DNA of 64,000 nucleotides from an uncultured Acidobacteriaceae bacterium (GTDB taxonomy: Bacteria > Acidobacteriota > Terriglobia > Terriglobales > Acidobacteriaceae). The notes beneath the pieces were generated by a model, which worked only from the letters and a program-made list of their open reading frames with translations, did no database searches and had not been told where the DNA came from. The position numbers were made by a program, and so were the translations under genes. Below are positions 28,908-38,899 of this stretch, in pieces. Each line of letters begins with the position of its first letter. The stretch's first letter is position 1. The stretch spans positions 4,706-68,705 of the forward strand of contig CAVYOW010000003.1 in assembly GCA_963770235.1 (NCBI GenBank). Direction: 5' to 3'.

Positions 28908-31065
28908 ATGCTTGAACTCACCACGCCGGTGCAGTACGTCAAGGGAGTTGGTCCGCGGCTGGCGGAGATTCTTGCCACCAAGGGCATTGCCACGGTGGGT
29001 GATCTGCTGAATTATCTGCCTTTTCGCTACGAAGACCGTCTGAATCCGCGGGGGATCGCGGAGTTGCGTGCCGGCGAAATGGCTACCGTGGTTGGCGAGG
29101 TCCGCAACTCGGGCTTGTTTCGCACCCGCAAGATGCCCATCTTTCAATTAACCGTGGGGCAGGGACGATCGAAGCTGCGGTGCCTGTGGTTCCACGGCGC
29201 CTACCTGCAGGACAAGTTCAAGCCCGGCAAGTTGATCGCGCTTTACGGGAAGGTGGAGCAAGACTCGCGCAGCGGAGAACTGCAGATTGTGCAGCCGCAG
29301 TTCGAAATGCTGGGCGATGCGGGCAGCGACGGAGCGGATGGCAAGGCGGCCGCATCGCTCGAAGTGGGACGCATCGTGCCCATCTACGAGTCGGCGGGGC
29401 AGGGGCGCGTGACCGCTCGCTGGTTTCGCCGGGTAATCCGCACGGCGCTCGACGATCTGACTCCTGACCTTGCCGAAACCATCCCGGCAGCCGTGCGCGA
29501 ACGCCTGGCATTGCTTTCGCCGCGCGAGGCTTTGTGGAAAGTGCACTGGCCCGAAGCGGGGGAGAGCCTCACGGATTTGCAGTCATCGCGCACGCCCGCG
29601 CACATCCGACTGATCTTTGAAGAATTGTTCTTCGTCGAATTGGGCCTGGAGCTCAAGCGCCGCCAGCAAAAGGCGCAAACCGGCATCGCCTTTCGACTGG
29701 ACGACCGGGTGCGGCAGGCGATCAAGAAGATTCTGCCCTTCCATCCCACAGCAGCGCAGAAGCGGGTGTTGAAAGAGATTGCCGACGACATGCAGAAGCC
29801 TTATCCCATGCGGCGTTTGCTGCAGGGGGATGTGGGCTCGGGGAAAACCATCATCGGCTTTCAGGCGGCGATCATCGCCATCGAAAACGGCTGCCAGGTG
29901 GCGCTGATGGCGCCTACGGAAATTCTTGCACAACAGCATTACTTTTCTGCGCGCAGAATTCTGGAGAATGCGGGATATCGAATCGTCCTTTTGACCGGTT
30001 CTCTGGAAGCCGACCGCAAGCGCGAAATCCGCCGGCACATCGCGCAAGGAGACGCGCAGCTCGTCATCGGCACTCACGCACTGCTGGAAGAGAAAGTCGA
30101 GTTCGCGAAGCCGGGTCTGGTCATCGTCGACGAGCAGCACCGCTTCGGCGTTTTGCAGCGGCTGAAGCTGATGAAGAAGTCGGGTGAAGGCAGCGATGAG
30201 AAGAATCCTGCCGAGCCTGACGTTCTGGTCATGACTGCAACGCCCATCCCGCGGACTTTGGCACTCACGCTTTACGGCGATCTCGATCTCAGCGTGCTCG
30301 ACGAGCTTCCCCCGGGCCGCACTCCGATCGTCACCCGAAGAATCACCGATGACCGCTCGCCCGAGGTGTGGGACTTTGTGCGCAAGCAGGTTGCGAAGGG
30401 GCATCAGGTCTATGTGGTCTACCCGGTCATCGCCGAAAACGAGGAGACCGAACTGAAGGCAGCGATCAACATGTACCGCGAGCTGAGCGGGAAAGTGTTC
30501 GCCGATCTGAAGGTGGGCCTGCTGCACGGACGGCTCGATTCTGAGCTGAAAGATCAGGTCATGCGCATGTTCCAGAAAGGCGACTTGCAGATTCTGGTCG
30601 CGACCACGGTGATCGAAGTTGGCGTGGATGTGCCGAACGCGACAGTGATGGTGATCGAACACGCGGAACGCTTTGGCCTGGCGCAGCTTCACCAGCTGCG
30701 CGGGCGCATTGGGCGAGGCGCCGCGAAGTCCTATTGCATCTTGATGACCGGCGGCAAAGTTACCGAAGAAGGCGAGCGCCGGCTCGACGCCATGGTCCGC
30801 ACCAACGACGGCTTTCAGATCGCCGAACTCGATCTCGAACTGCGCGGACCGGGAGAGTTCTTCGGCACGCGTCAGGCAGGCATGCCGAGCTTCCGCGTAG
30901 CCAACCTGATTCGCGACCGGCAAGTTGCTGGAACTGGCGAAGCGCGAAGCGGCGGCGGTGATGGCTGGGCCGAATTCGGAAGTCACGCAGGTGGAAATCA
31001 GCCGGGCCCTGGTCGCCTTGCGCACGCGCTGGCAGCATACCTACGGGCTGGTGGAAGTAGGTTAA
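28908..31065 (+). CDS. recG: ATP-dependent DNA helicase RecG, one frameshift near 30922 as sequenced
   Basis: Wedge domain; GDVGSGKT; DEQHRFG; the TATPIPRT-type motif MTATPIPRTL; QLHQLRGRIGRG. After ..FRVANLIRDRQ the conserved tail LLELAKREAAAV...WQHTYGLVEVG* is in the +1 frame and ends at 31065. The listed ORF tail to 31325 is an artefact. Confidence 0.92.
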
Positions 31066-31079
31066 GAGGCAGAGCGCGG

Positions 31080-32093
31080 TTAGTTTTGGTCTCCGCCGCC
31101 GTGTTTCGCCTGACAAATCTTGCACAGGGTCGGAGGCAAAGTGTTATCCACGCGATGATGCACCGGCTTCAACGTACGGAGATAAGCAAAAATGTCTTTG
31201 AGATCATCGTCAGTCATGTTGCCAAGCGCTTTCCAGGGCATCACCGAACTCAGTTGACGAGCCCGCACCTTGCCCGTGTGCATCATCTGGAGAAACAGTT
31301 CCTCGTCGTAATACGAAATACCTGAAGGATCAGGCGTGATATTAGCGCTGGTCACGGTCGGCAAAGGGCCTTCGAACTCGAAGCCGCCGGCGAAAGCCAG
31401 AGCCGGGTTAGATTCTCCGCGCTGCTGAGGAGTGTGACATCCGTCGCAGTCCGCAATCCGAACCAGATATTCGCCACGTTTTACCTGGGTTGACCGATCC
31501 GGGGGCGGCACGGGCTTGGTCAATGGCTCGGGCACACTACGGATCAGATACTTCACCGGGAAGATGATCTCTGTTTTGGGCAGCGCATTGCGAACCGGCG
31601 GCAGCGACCGGAGATACACCACAATGGAAGCAAGGTCTTCGTCGGATAAGATGCGGAAAGACTGGTAGGGCATGAGTGGGAACAACGTGCGTCCGTCATG
31701 GCCAATCCCTTCACGAATGGCCCGGGCGAGTTGATCGTCGCTCCAAGTTCCCGCACCAGTCTCTGGGTCGGGTGTCAGGTTCGGAGCCACTACGGTTCCC
31801 GGCAACCCTAACTCCGGGAAGATCCCACCGGCTCCCAGTTTAGCTTCCAGTGGCGGTGCGCCCGGCGCTTTCCAGTCGTGTTCGGAGTGGCACTCGGTGC
31901 ATCCCATCACGCTGGTCGCGAGATAGCGGCCGCGTGCGAGGCGTTCCGGCGTGGGCTCAAACCTCCGGTCGGTAAGGGGCCGTGCTCGCGGACCGAAAAA
32001 CGGCCTCCAGCCAATGGTGAGACTGATGGCGACAACCAGCACCGCTGCCAGAACCAGCAACCCTCTGCCCAGCCACTTCCAGAATCTCTTCAT
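31080..32093 (-). CDS. membrane-anchored c-type cytochrome (two CxxCH sites)
   Basis: N-terminal TM segment and haem motifs CTECH and CDGCH. Confidence 0.75.
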   Translation of the reverse strand: MKRFWKWLGRGLLVLAAVLVVAISLTIGWRPFFGPRARPLTDRRFEPTPERLARGRYLATSVMGCTECHSEHDWKAPGAPPLEAKLGAGGIFPELGLPGTVVAPNLTPDPETGAGTWSDDQLARAIREGIGHDGRTLFPLMPYQSFRILSDEDLASIVVYLRSLPPVRNALPKTEIIFPVKYLIRSVPEPLTKPVPPPDRSTQVKRGEYLVRIADCDGCHTPQQRGESNPALAFAGGFEFEGPLPTVTSANITPDPSGISYYDEELFLQMMHTGKVRARQLSSVMPWKALGNMTDDDLKDIFAYLRTLKPVHHRVDNTLPPTLCKICQAKHGGGDQN

Positions 32094-32181
32094 TGAGCGC
32101 GTGCCCCCAAGTTGGCCTGCATTCTATGTCGTCGCGCCCCCTTCGCTCAAGGCTTAGGTTCAAGCTGTTAGAATCGAACGA

Positions 32182-33103
32182 ATGGCAGGGACTTCTCAAC
32201 TAATTCAGATCGAGCTTGCGCCGCCGCCGCGGATGCCCAAGCCGGACTGGCTGCGCGCCAAGGCTCCCGTCGGCGACAATTTTCACGAGCTTAAGAAGCT
32301 GGCGCGCGGGTTGGGACTGCACACGGTTTGCGAATCGGCACAGTGCCCGAACATCGGCGAGTGCTGGAATCACAAGACTGCGACCTTCATGCTGCTGGGC
32401 GATATCTGCACCCGCCGCTGCGGATTCTGCGCCGTGCCCAAGGGCCGCCCCGAGCCGATCGACTGGGATGAGCCGCGACGGGTGGCTGAGGCTGTAGCGA
32501 CGCTGGGCCTGAAGCATGCTGTCGTGACCAGCGTGAATCGTGACGATGACAACGTCGGAGGCGCCAAGGTTTTTGCCGAAACCATCCGCGAGATTCGCGA
32601 GCTGATTCCCGATTGCCGGATCGAAGTGCTGATTCCGGATTTTCAAGGTCTGGAAGAACCGTTGAAGATCGTGCTCGACGCGCAACCTGATGTTCTCAAC
32701 CACAACACCGAAACTGTGCCTCGTCTTTATCGCGCAGTGCGGTCTGGCGCCCGTTACGAGCGCACTCTCACGCTTGCTCGAGAACGCCAAGAAGTTTTCT
32801 CCCGGCATGGTGACGAAGAGTGGAGTGATGGTGGGTCTGGGCGAATCCACGGAAGAATTGATCGAGGTCTTCCGCGATCTCGGCGGCCGCGGCGTCGACA
32901 TTCTTACCGTGGGCCAGTATCTGCGTCCTTCGCGCGACCACCTGCCCATCGCCCGCTTCTACACGCCTGAGGAATTCCGCGAGTTGCGGAATGAAGCGTT
33001 GCGCTTCGGCTTCCGCCACGTCGAGTCCGGACCGCTGGTGCGCTCCAGCTATCACGCGCACGAGCAGGCCGAGTCCACCTCCGCCCCGCGGGTGGTGTCC
33101 TAG
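32182..33103 (+). CDS. lipA: lipoyl synthase, one frameshift near 32775 as sequenced
   Basis: CPNIGEC and radical-SAM CTRRCGFC lie in ORF 32182-32970. After ..YERTLTL the protein continues as LENAKKFSPGMVTKSGVMVGLGE...VRSSYHA in ORF 32690-33103. An extra T in CTTG explains the shift. Confidence 0.92.
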
Positions 33104-33110
33104 ACGCGGC

Positions 33111-33911
33111 ATGCTGAGCGCGCTCCTGGTGCTGCTGGGCTTCTTCGCGGGATTGCTGGGAGCGTTGACCGGCATCGGCGGCGGCGTTCTGCTTTCGCCC
33201 ATCCTCGCGCTGCATTTTGGAATCCCCATCCGGCAGGCGATTGGCACCAGCCTGGTGGCCGTGATCACGACCTCGGCGGCCAGTTCTTCCGTTCATCTCC
33301 AGCGCCACACCACCGACATTCGTCTCGGCATGACGCTCGAACTGGCAACGTCTTTTGGCGCGGCCGTTACGGCTTATCTGGTCGGATACTTCAACCGCAA
33401 TGCGCTCGAGGGGATCTTTGCCGGCTTCCTGTTGTACAGCTCCGTCACTATTCTGGTGCGCGGCGGCAAGGTAAAAGATCCGGAAGAACCTCCGGCTACG
33501 AGCAACGGTGAGACCGTGATTCCACCCTACGAGCCGCAGCGCTATCCACTCGGCCTGGGCGCGTCTCTGGTCGCGGGCGGACTCTCCGGCCTACTCGGCA
33601 TCGGCGGCGGTCCCATCAAAGTTCCGGTGATGTACATCTTCATGAATGTTCCGCTGATGGTGGCCACGGCCACGTCGAATTTCATGATCGGAGTCACTGC
33701 CGCGGCCAGCGCCATCGTCTACTACCGCCGCGGAGACATTCTGGTGGAGATCGCTGCTCCGCTGGCGGTCGGCGTGTTTCTCGGTTCGCTGCTGGGTGCG
33801 CGCCTGGCGCCGCGCATTCAAACGAAGTACGTCGTCTATCTGCTGGTTGCGATCATGCTCTATCTCGCCGGGCACCTGTTCGTGCACCTGCTCACAGGAG
33901 GCGCCGCATGA
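33111..33911 (+). CDS. TauE/SafE (TSUP) family anion exporter
   Basis: ATG 33111. Repeated GIGGG motifs and 7-8 TM segments. Confidence 0.8.
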   Translation: MLSALLVLLGFFAGLLGALTGIGGGVLLSPILALHFGIPIRQAIGTSLVAVITTSAASSSVHLQRHTTDIRLGMTLELATSFGAAVTAYLVGYFNRNALEGIFAGFLLYSSVTILVRGGKVKDPEEPPATSNGETVIPPYEPQRYPLGLGASLVAGGLSGLLGIGGGPIKVPVMYIFMNVPLMVATATSNFMIGVTAAASAIVYYRRGDILVEIAAPLAVGVFLGSLLGARLAPRIQTKYVVYLLVAIMLYLAGHLFVHLLTGGAA

Positions 33912-34207
33912 GCCAGCTCCGCGAACCGGCCTTCGATCGTGTGGTTGCCCTGGTGCTGCGCGTGGGCGCGTTCGGCTGTTTCTTCATCATGCTGGCGGGA
34001 TTGCTGGTTGGACTTTTCGTTCCCGGCCGCATTCCCGGAGACATCGAACGCGCGGGTGTGCTGCTGATGCTGGCTACGCCGGTCGTGCGGGTTGCAGTTG
34101 CGGGCGTTCTCTTTCTGCGAGAAAAGGATTGGAAGTACGGGGCAATCTCGTTTGGAGTGCTCGCGATTCTGCTGCTGGGTGCGGTGTTCGGCATCGGCGA
34201 GCACTGA
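33908..34207 (+). CDS. DUF1634 family membrane protein
   Basis: Overlaps the TSUP stop (ATGA). It has the two- to three-TM pattern usually found beside TauE genes. Confidence 0.65.
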   Translation: MSQLREPAFDRVVALVLRVGAFGCFFIMLAGLLVGLFVPGRIPGDIERAGVLLMLATPVVRVAVAGVLFLREKDWKYGAISFGVLAILLLGAVFGIGEH

Positions 34208-34301
34208 CGGGAGATCGGGTAATTGGGGAATTTGGTAATTGGGAAATCACATTCGACCGAAGAGTTCTTCAGTTACCCGAGTTACACAATTACCAAATCC
34301 T
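34208..34301. repeat. intergenic inverted-repeat element built from GGTAATTG-type words
   Basis: CGGGTAATTG / CAGTTACCCG and ATTTGGTAATTG / CAATTACCAAAT complementary pairs lie between convergent genes. Confidence 0.6.
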
Positions 34302-35383
34302 CTAGAAGATGTGCAGCTTGATGCTGAGATACTTCTTCGGATTCTCCCGGATCGCTTTAATCAGGCCCTGGGTCTCGTCCAGCATCTGGTTGAGCATTGT
34401 TGTAGAGCGTCTCGTCCTTGAACAGTTTTCCCTGCTGTCCCCTGGCCGGCCTCGAGTTCGCTGGTCAGTGCCGCGAGCTTGGTCATCGTGGTGTCGATCT
34501 TCTTCGCCAGTTCCTCGTCCTTGAGCAACCTTCCTGCTGTTCCCTTGCCCGCATTAAGGTCTTCGCTCACCTTTTTCAAGTTGGCGATGGTGTCGTTGGC
34601 GTTGTTATAGAGGGTCGGATCTTTCAGGAATTTTCCGGCTGTGCCTTTGCCCTGTTGCAGGTCGTCAACCACGTCATTCATCTTGTCGAGCGTGGCGACG
34701 AACTTGTTATAGGCGTCGTTGCTATTGATCAACTGGCCCAGGCTGCCTTGTCCCTTGGCGATCTCGTCGACAACTGTTTTGAATTCCGTAACCGTCTGCG
34801 AGAAGCGGTCATACAGCGTGGGATCGTAAATCAACTTACCCAGCGAGCCCTTGCCACTCTCCGCAAAGGCGAGAATGCGGTCGGCGCGCTTGAGCAGAGC
34901 GTCCATGTTCTGCAGCGTGCTCTGGCTGGAGCGCACCACTTCGTTGAAGTCGGGATGCACGCGCGTGGGAAGCGTGTCGCCGTCCTGCGCCAGCGCGCCG
35001 ATGGCCTGCGAGCTGTCGATATCCAGGAAGGTTTCGCCCAGCACGCCGGCGGTCTCGAGAGAAGTGACCGAATCGCGGCGCAGGTTGAAACCGTACTTCG
35101 TGCTCACCTTCATGACCACTTGCACGGGAGTGAGCTGTTTGTCTTTGTCGCGGACAATGAGAATTTTCGAAACGTTGCCGATGTCCACGCCACTGAGCCG
35201 CACCGGCGCGCCCACCCGCAGTCCTTCCGCATTGTCGAAGTAGGACACCAGCGTGATTCGATTGGAGAAGAAGCCGCCGGTCCCGGACATGAGAAACAAA
35301 AGCAGCGCCAACACCAGACTGGCGAAAATCACCGTGAGGCCAACGCGAAGTTGCGACCATTTGATCTGCTTCTGGCTCGGCAA
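34302..35383 (-). CDS. MlaD/MCE-domain protein, two frameshifts (~34427, ~34390) in the last 30 codons as sequenced
   Basis: TM segment plus MCE domain (RLSGVDIGNV). Five C-terminal G(K/Q)G(S/T)xGKL..D..LY repeats follow. The conserved tail LFKDETLYNNAQ / QMLDETQGLIKAIRENPKKYLSIKLHIF* is recovered in the other two frames and ends at 34302. Confidence 0.8.
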
Positions 35384-35489
35384 GTGATTTCCTCAGACCG
35401 CAATCTGCGTTTTCCTGGTGACGGCGCACGGAACAGCCCCAAACGCCGCTGTTCCCTCGCAGCATCATAGCAAACCCGGAGCCTACTCT

Positions 35490-37903
35490 TTAAACCCGTT
35501 GCGGGCGAAGGGCCGGCAGCAGCAATAGGGCTAGCACATAGGCCGCAACCCCGCAGGCCAGGGTCACGGTCAGGCCAAATTGGATCGCGATCACCATGGC
35601 CAGCACGGATCCCAAAACGCTGGCGGCGGCATTCATCGCCCAGGCCCACTCCACGGCATTGTCTGCCTCAGTCGCTCCGCTCGGGACCTCGAAGACGGGG
35701 CGCGCCGCGAGCGCGCGCAAGCCGGTGGGGAACGGCATTCCCATCACGAAACCGAGCGGTATCAGCAGCATGGCCGCTGACCACCAGCCGGTAGCCGAAG
35801 CCCAGCCCCACCCAGGCGGGAAGCCCACGGGGCAGAAGAAATACGTCAGCAGACCAGCGCGATGATCACCAGCATAAGCGGCATCCAGGCCATTTCGGTG
35901 CGGGCAAGCCAGCGGCGCGAAAACAAGCTCCCAGCTCCGCTCGACAGCATCAGCAGAAAGATGACCACGGTCAGCGCATAGGTCGGGTGTCCCAGAAAAA
36001 GCACGAAGCGCTGGATAAACGCAATCTCCACCAGGATGTAACCCAGACCTACCGCCACGAAATAAAGCAGCGGAAGCGGCGACTGGCGCCCTCCCTGGAG
36101 CGCAAGCGGCAGAATCAGAAAGCCCAGCACTGCGACCACAGAGATGACCAGCACAAGAATCAGCACCAGCACTCCCAGGTTCACCTTCCAGTCAATTCCA
36201 TGCTGCAGCGCTTGCTGGCCCAGGATTTGTCCGGCCTTGAGCGTAAAAAAGAAGAACGGCGCGTTATCGCTGACCGGCGCCACATTGTAGGCATAGCTTT
36301 GTGCGAAGCGGTAAGGATCATTGCTCGCGATCAAGTCCGCAAACGGATTCCGGACGGCTTGCCCGGTTGCAGGTTGCGAAGGCAGATAGAGCGGCTCGAG
36401 TTCGTCATATTCGCCGAGGTGAGCCTGCACCGCGGACTCTTCCTCGGCGGTAAAAGCGGTTTTCTTGGCCAGCACCACCACGGGAATCCCGTCTTCATCG
36501 AGCGCCCCTTGCGAAGCCACGATAAAGTTGCGCGCCGGATTCGCGACGCCGAGACTGTGCAACGCTTGCATCGCCACCGAGACCACGCGCAGCGCCTCCC
36601 GCGGTTGGCGGAACTCCCAGCGGGTGATGGCGACCATGCCGTCCGGTTTGAGATGCTCGAAGTATTCCCGGAAGGCCTCCACCGTGTAGAGATTGTTTTC
36701 GCTCAACGCGAAAGCGCCGGCCGCGGTCGAGGCCCAGGTATCCACCAGCGTCATTTGCACCACGTCAAACTGCTGCGGCGTGGAGCGCAGGTAGGAGCGG
36801 CCGTCGGTTACGTGAATGTGGACCTCGGGACGCTCGTAAAGATGCATGGGCGTAGTCGGCGTAACGCCCGCGCATGATGGTGTCGGCAATGATGGGATTG
36901 ATTTCAATGCCGGTCACGCTCGGGCTGCCGTTGGCCACCGCCCGCAGCACGTCCACTCCGCCGCCCGGTCCGATGATCGCGAACTCCCCGCGCGGACGCA
37001 GAACGTTGGCCAACGCCGGCGGAGCTGACATCAGATTGCGCTCCCACTCCGAACCGTCGCCAGTGCGCCAGATCGCAATTCATGATGTAAGTGGAAGCGT
37101 CGGCGTCGATGACGATGGCCTTGGCTTGACCCTGGCGATCCACTTCCACGCGCGACAGCGCGTTCCAGCGGGCAAATTCCACCCACGCCGGGTCGCGAAA
37201 AATGCCCTTGGCATAAATCACGTCGATGCAGCCGGTTCGAGTGGTTCGCCGCGATCAGCACCACGAAGATAAAGACCAGACCACCTGCCAACCGCCGCGC
37301 GCTCAAGGATGCAGCCCAGACCATGGCCGCCGCAGCCATCACCACGGCCGCCGCCAGAATCGTATTCGGTCCTCCGATCCAGTTGAGCAGTGGAACCACT
37401 GCCAGGCACGCCAGCGCTCCGCCACTCAAATCCGCTCCGTAGAGCCGGGAGACGCGCCACGTCTCGCGCGCAAACACCACCGAGAACAGCAATCCAGTCA
37501 GGAAGAAAGGCAGGGCCGCCACCACATAGAGCGCGGTCAGGTGCAGGAAATTCCTTCCCGTGACCGTTAGCGCCACCGGGACATGCAGCACAACCTCCAG
37601 CGCGACGAACACCAGAATCGAGTTGTCGATGCACAGGCGCGCTGCCAGCGTGCGCGTGTCGGTTCTGGCGAGGCGGTTCTTGAATAGGTAGGCAAAAACT
37701 CCGCCCGCACCCAGCCCCAGCAGCGCAATCGAAATCGCGAGAAACGCGAAGTGATAGAAGAGCACCACGGAGAACAATCGAGTTAGCGCCAGTTCCAGCA
37801 GCAACGCGGCAAAGCTGGTCATCCCCAGACCGAGAAGAAGAGTACGTTCGGGAATTTCAGAGGAGGAAGAAACCGGCGGGGCAGCTTGAATGGTCGCGGA
37901 CAT
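35490..37903 (-). pseudogene. polytopic membrane protein fused to a spermidine-synthase-like methyltransferase fold, about 4 frame changes as sequenced
   Basis: The N-terminal TM block is in ORF 37031-37903. The rest continues through ORFs 36904-37221, 36765-37031 (IIGPGGGVDVL...GIEINP), 35846-36907 (DVVQMTLVDTW) and 35490-35828 (C-terminal TM block). Breaks fall near ~37225, ~37035, ~36905 and ~35835. Confidence 0.8.
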
Positions 37904-37957
37904 GAATGTGGAATGCGCCAGTCTAGCAGAAGGAGCCAGAATGCTGTGTTCCTGCGC

Positions 37958-38335
37958 CTAACTTTCGAGAATGACCTGCGCGATGGCCTGCTCCGCTGTG
38001 TGCGAAAGCGACAGCGCGGCATTCTTCACGCCCAGCGTGGCCGCAATCTCGCCGGCTTTTCCGTGAAAATGAATTGTCGGACGTCCGCTAGGCAGGCGCA
38101 CAACTTCGCAGTCCCGCCAGCGCACGCCGTGGCTCCAGCCCGTCCCCAGAGCCTTCATAGCGGCTTCTTTGGCGGCGAAGCGCGCGGCGTAGCGCTCCAC
38201 CCGGTTCGCCTTGGAATCGCAATAGCGGATTTCACCCGCCGTAAAGATGCGCTGCAGAAAGCGATCGCCAAAGCGCGCGATCGATTGCCGGATGCGCGGA
38301 ACCTCCGCAATGTCAATGCCCGTGCCGACGATCAT
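37958..38335 (-). CDS. acpS: holo-[acyl-carrier-protein] synthase
   Basis: MIVGTGIDIAEVPRI...FAAKEAAMKALG, 125 aa. Confidence 0.92.
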   Translation of the reverse strand: MIVGTGIDIAEVPRIRQSIARFGDRFLQRIFTAGEIRYCDSKANRVERYAARFAAKEAAMKALGTGWSHGVRWRDCEVVRLPSGRPTIHFHGKAGEIAATLGVKNAALSLSHTAEQAIAQVILES

Positions 38336-38347
38336 ATTTTCGACACC

Positions 38348-38878
38348 TTACAGCAGCCGGTCTCCACGGTAAATCAATTCACCCTCTATCATGCGAGCTT
38401 CTGTGGTCAGGCGATGCGGTTTGACGGGGCCGTTCCCGTCAATGTGCATCACCTCATGTCCGTGCGCGACCAGCCAGTCCGAGACCAGCATGCGGTGGCA
38501 GCGGAAGTATACGCGCTCGGCACACATGTAGGCGGTGCGGGAGCCCTCGGCCAGCGCAACCAGTTCGGCCATCGCGTTTTCGAATTCCGCGGTCAGCATG
38601 TAGTCGGCGTAATTGCGGAAGCTCGCGTTGCGAAGCCCGATGTTCGGGGAGTCTTCGCGACTCTTCTTGCGATAGCCGCCGAGGGCCTTCATCCAGACAT
38701 AGCGGATTCCGGCCGCGGGCAAACTTTTTTCCAGAGATTCACGATTGAATTGCGGCAGCCGCCGCGACATGGGGAAGGCACGGATATCCACCAGAGTTTC
38801 AATCGCGTGAGCTTGAAGCGCCTCGACCAGTTCGTCGAGCGAGCGGGTCGAATGTCCGACAGTATAGAGGAGAGCCAA
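38348..38878 (-). CDS. DUF488 family protein
   Basis: LYTVGHSTRSLDELVEALQAHAIETLVDIR..P.SRR.PQF; C-terminal CAERVYFRCHR. Confidence 0.75.
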   Translation of the reverse strand: MALLYTVGHSTRSLDELVEALQAHAIETLVDIRAFPMSRRLPQFNRESLEKSLPAAGIRYVWMKALGGYRKKSREDSPNIGLRNASFRNYADYMLTAEFENAMAELVALAEGSRTAYMCAERVYFRCHRMLVSDWLVAHGHEVMHIDGNGPVKPHRLTTEARMIEGELIYRGDRLL

Positions 38879-38899
38879 TGCTGTTTCGATTCGAGACGA

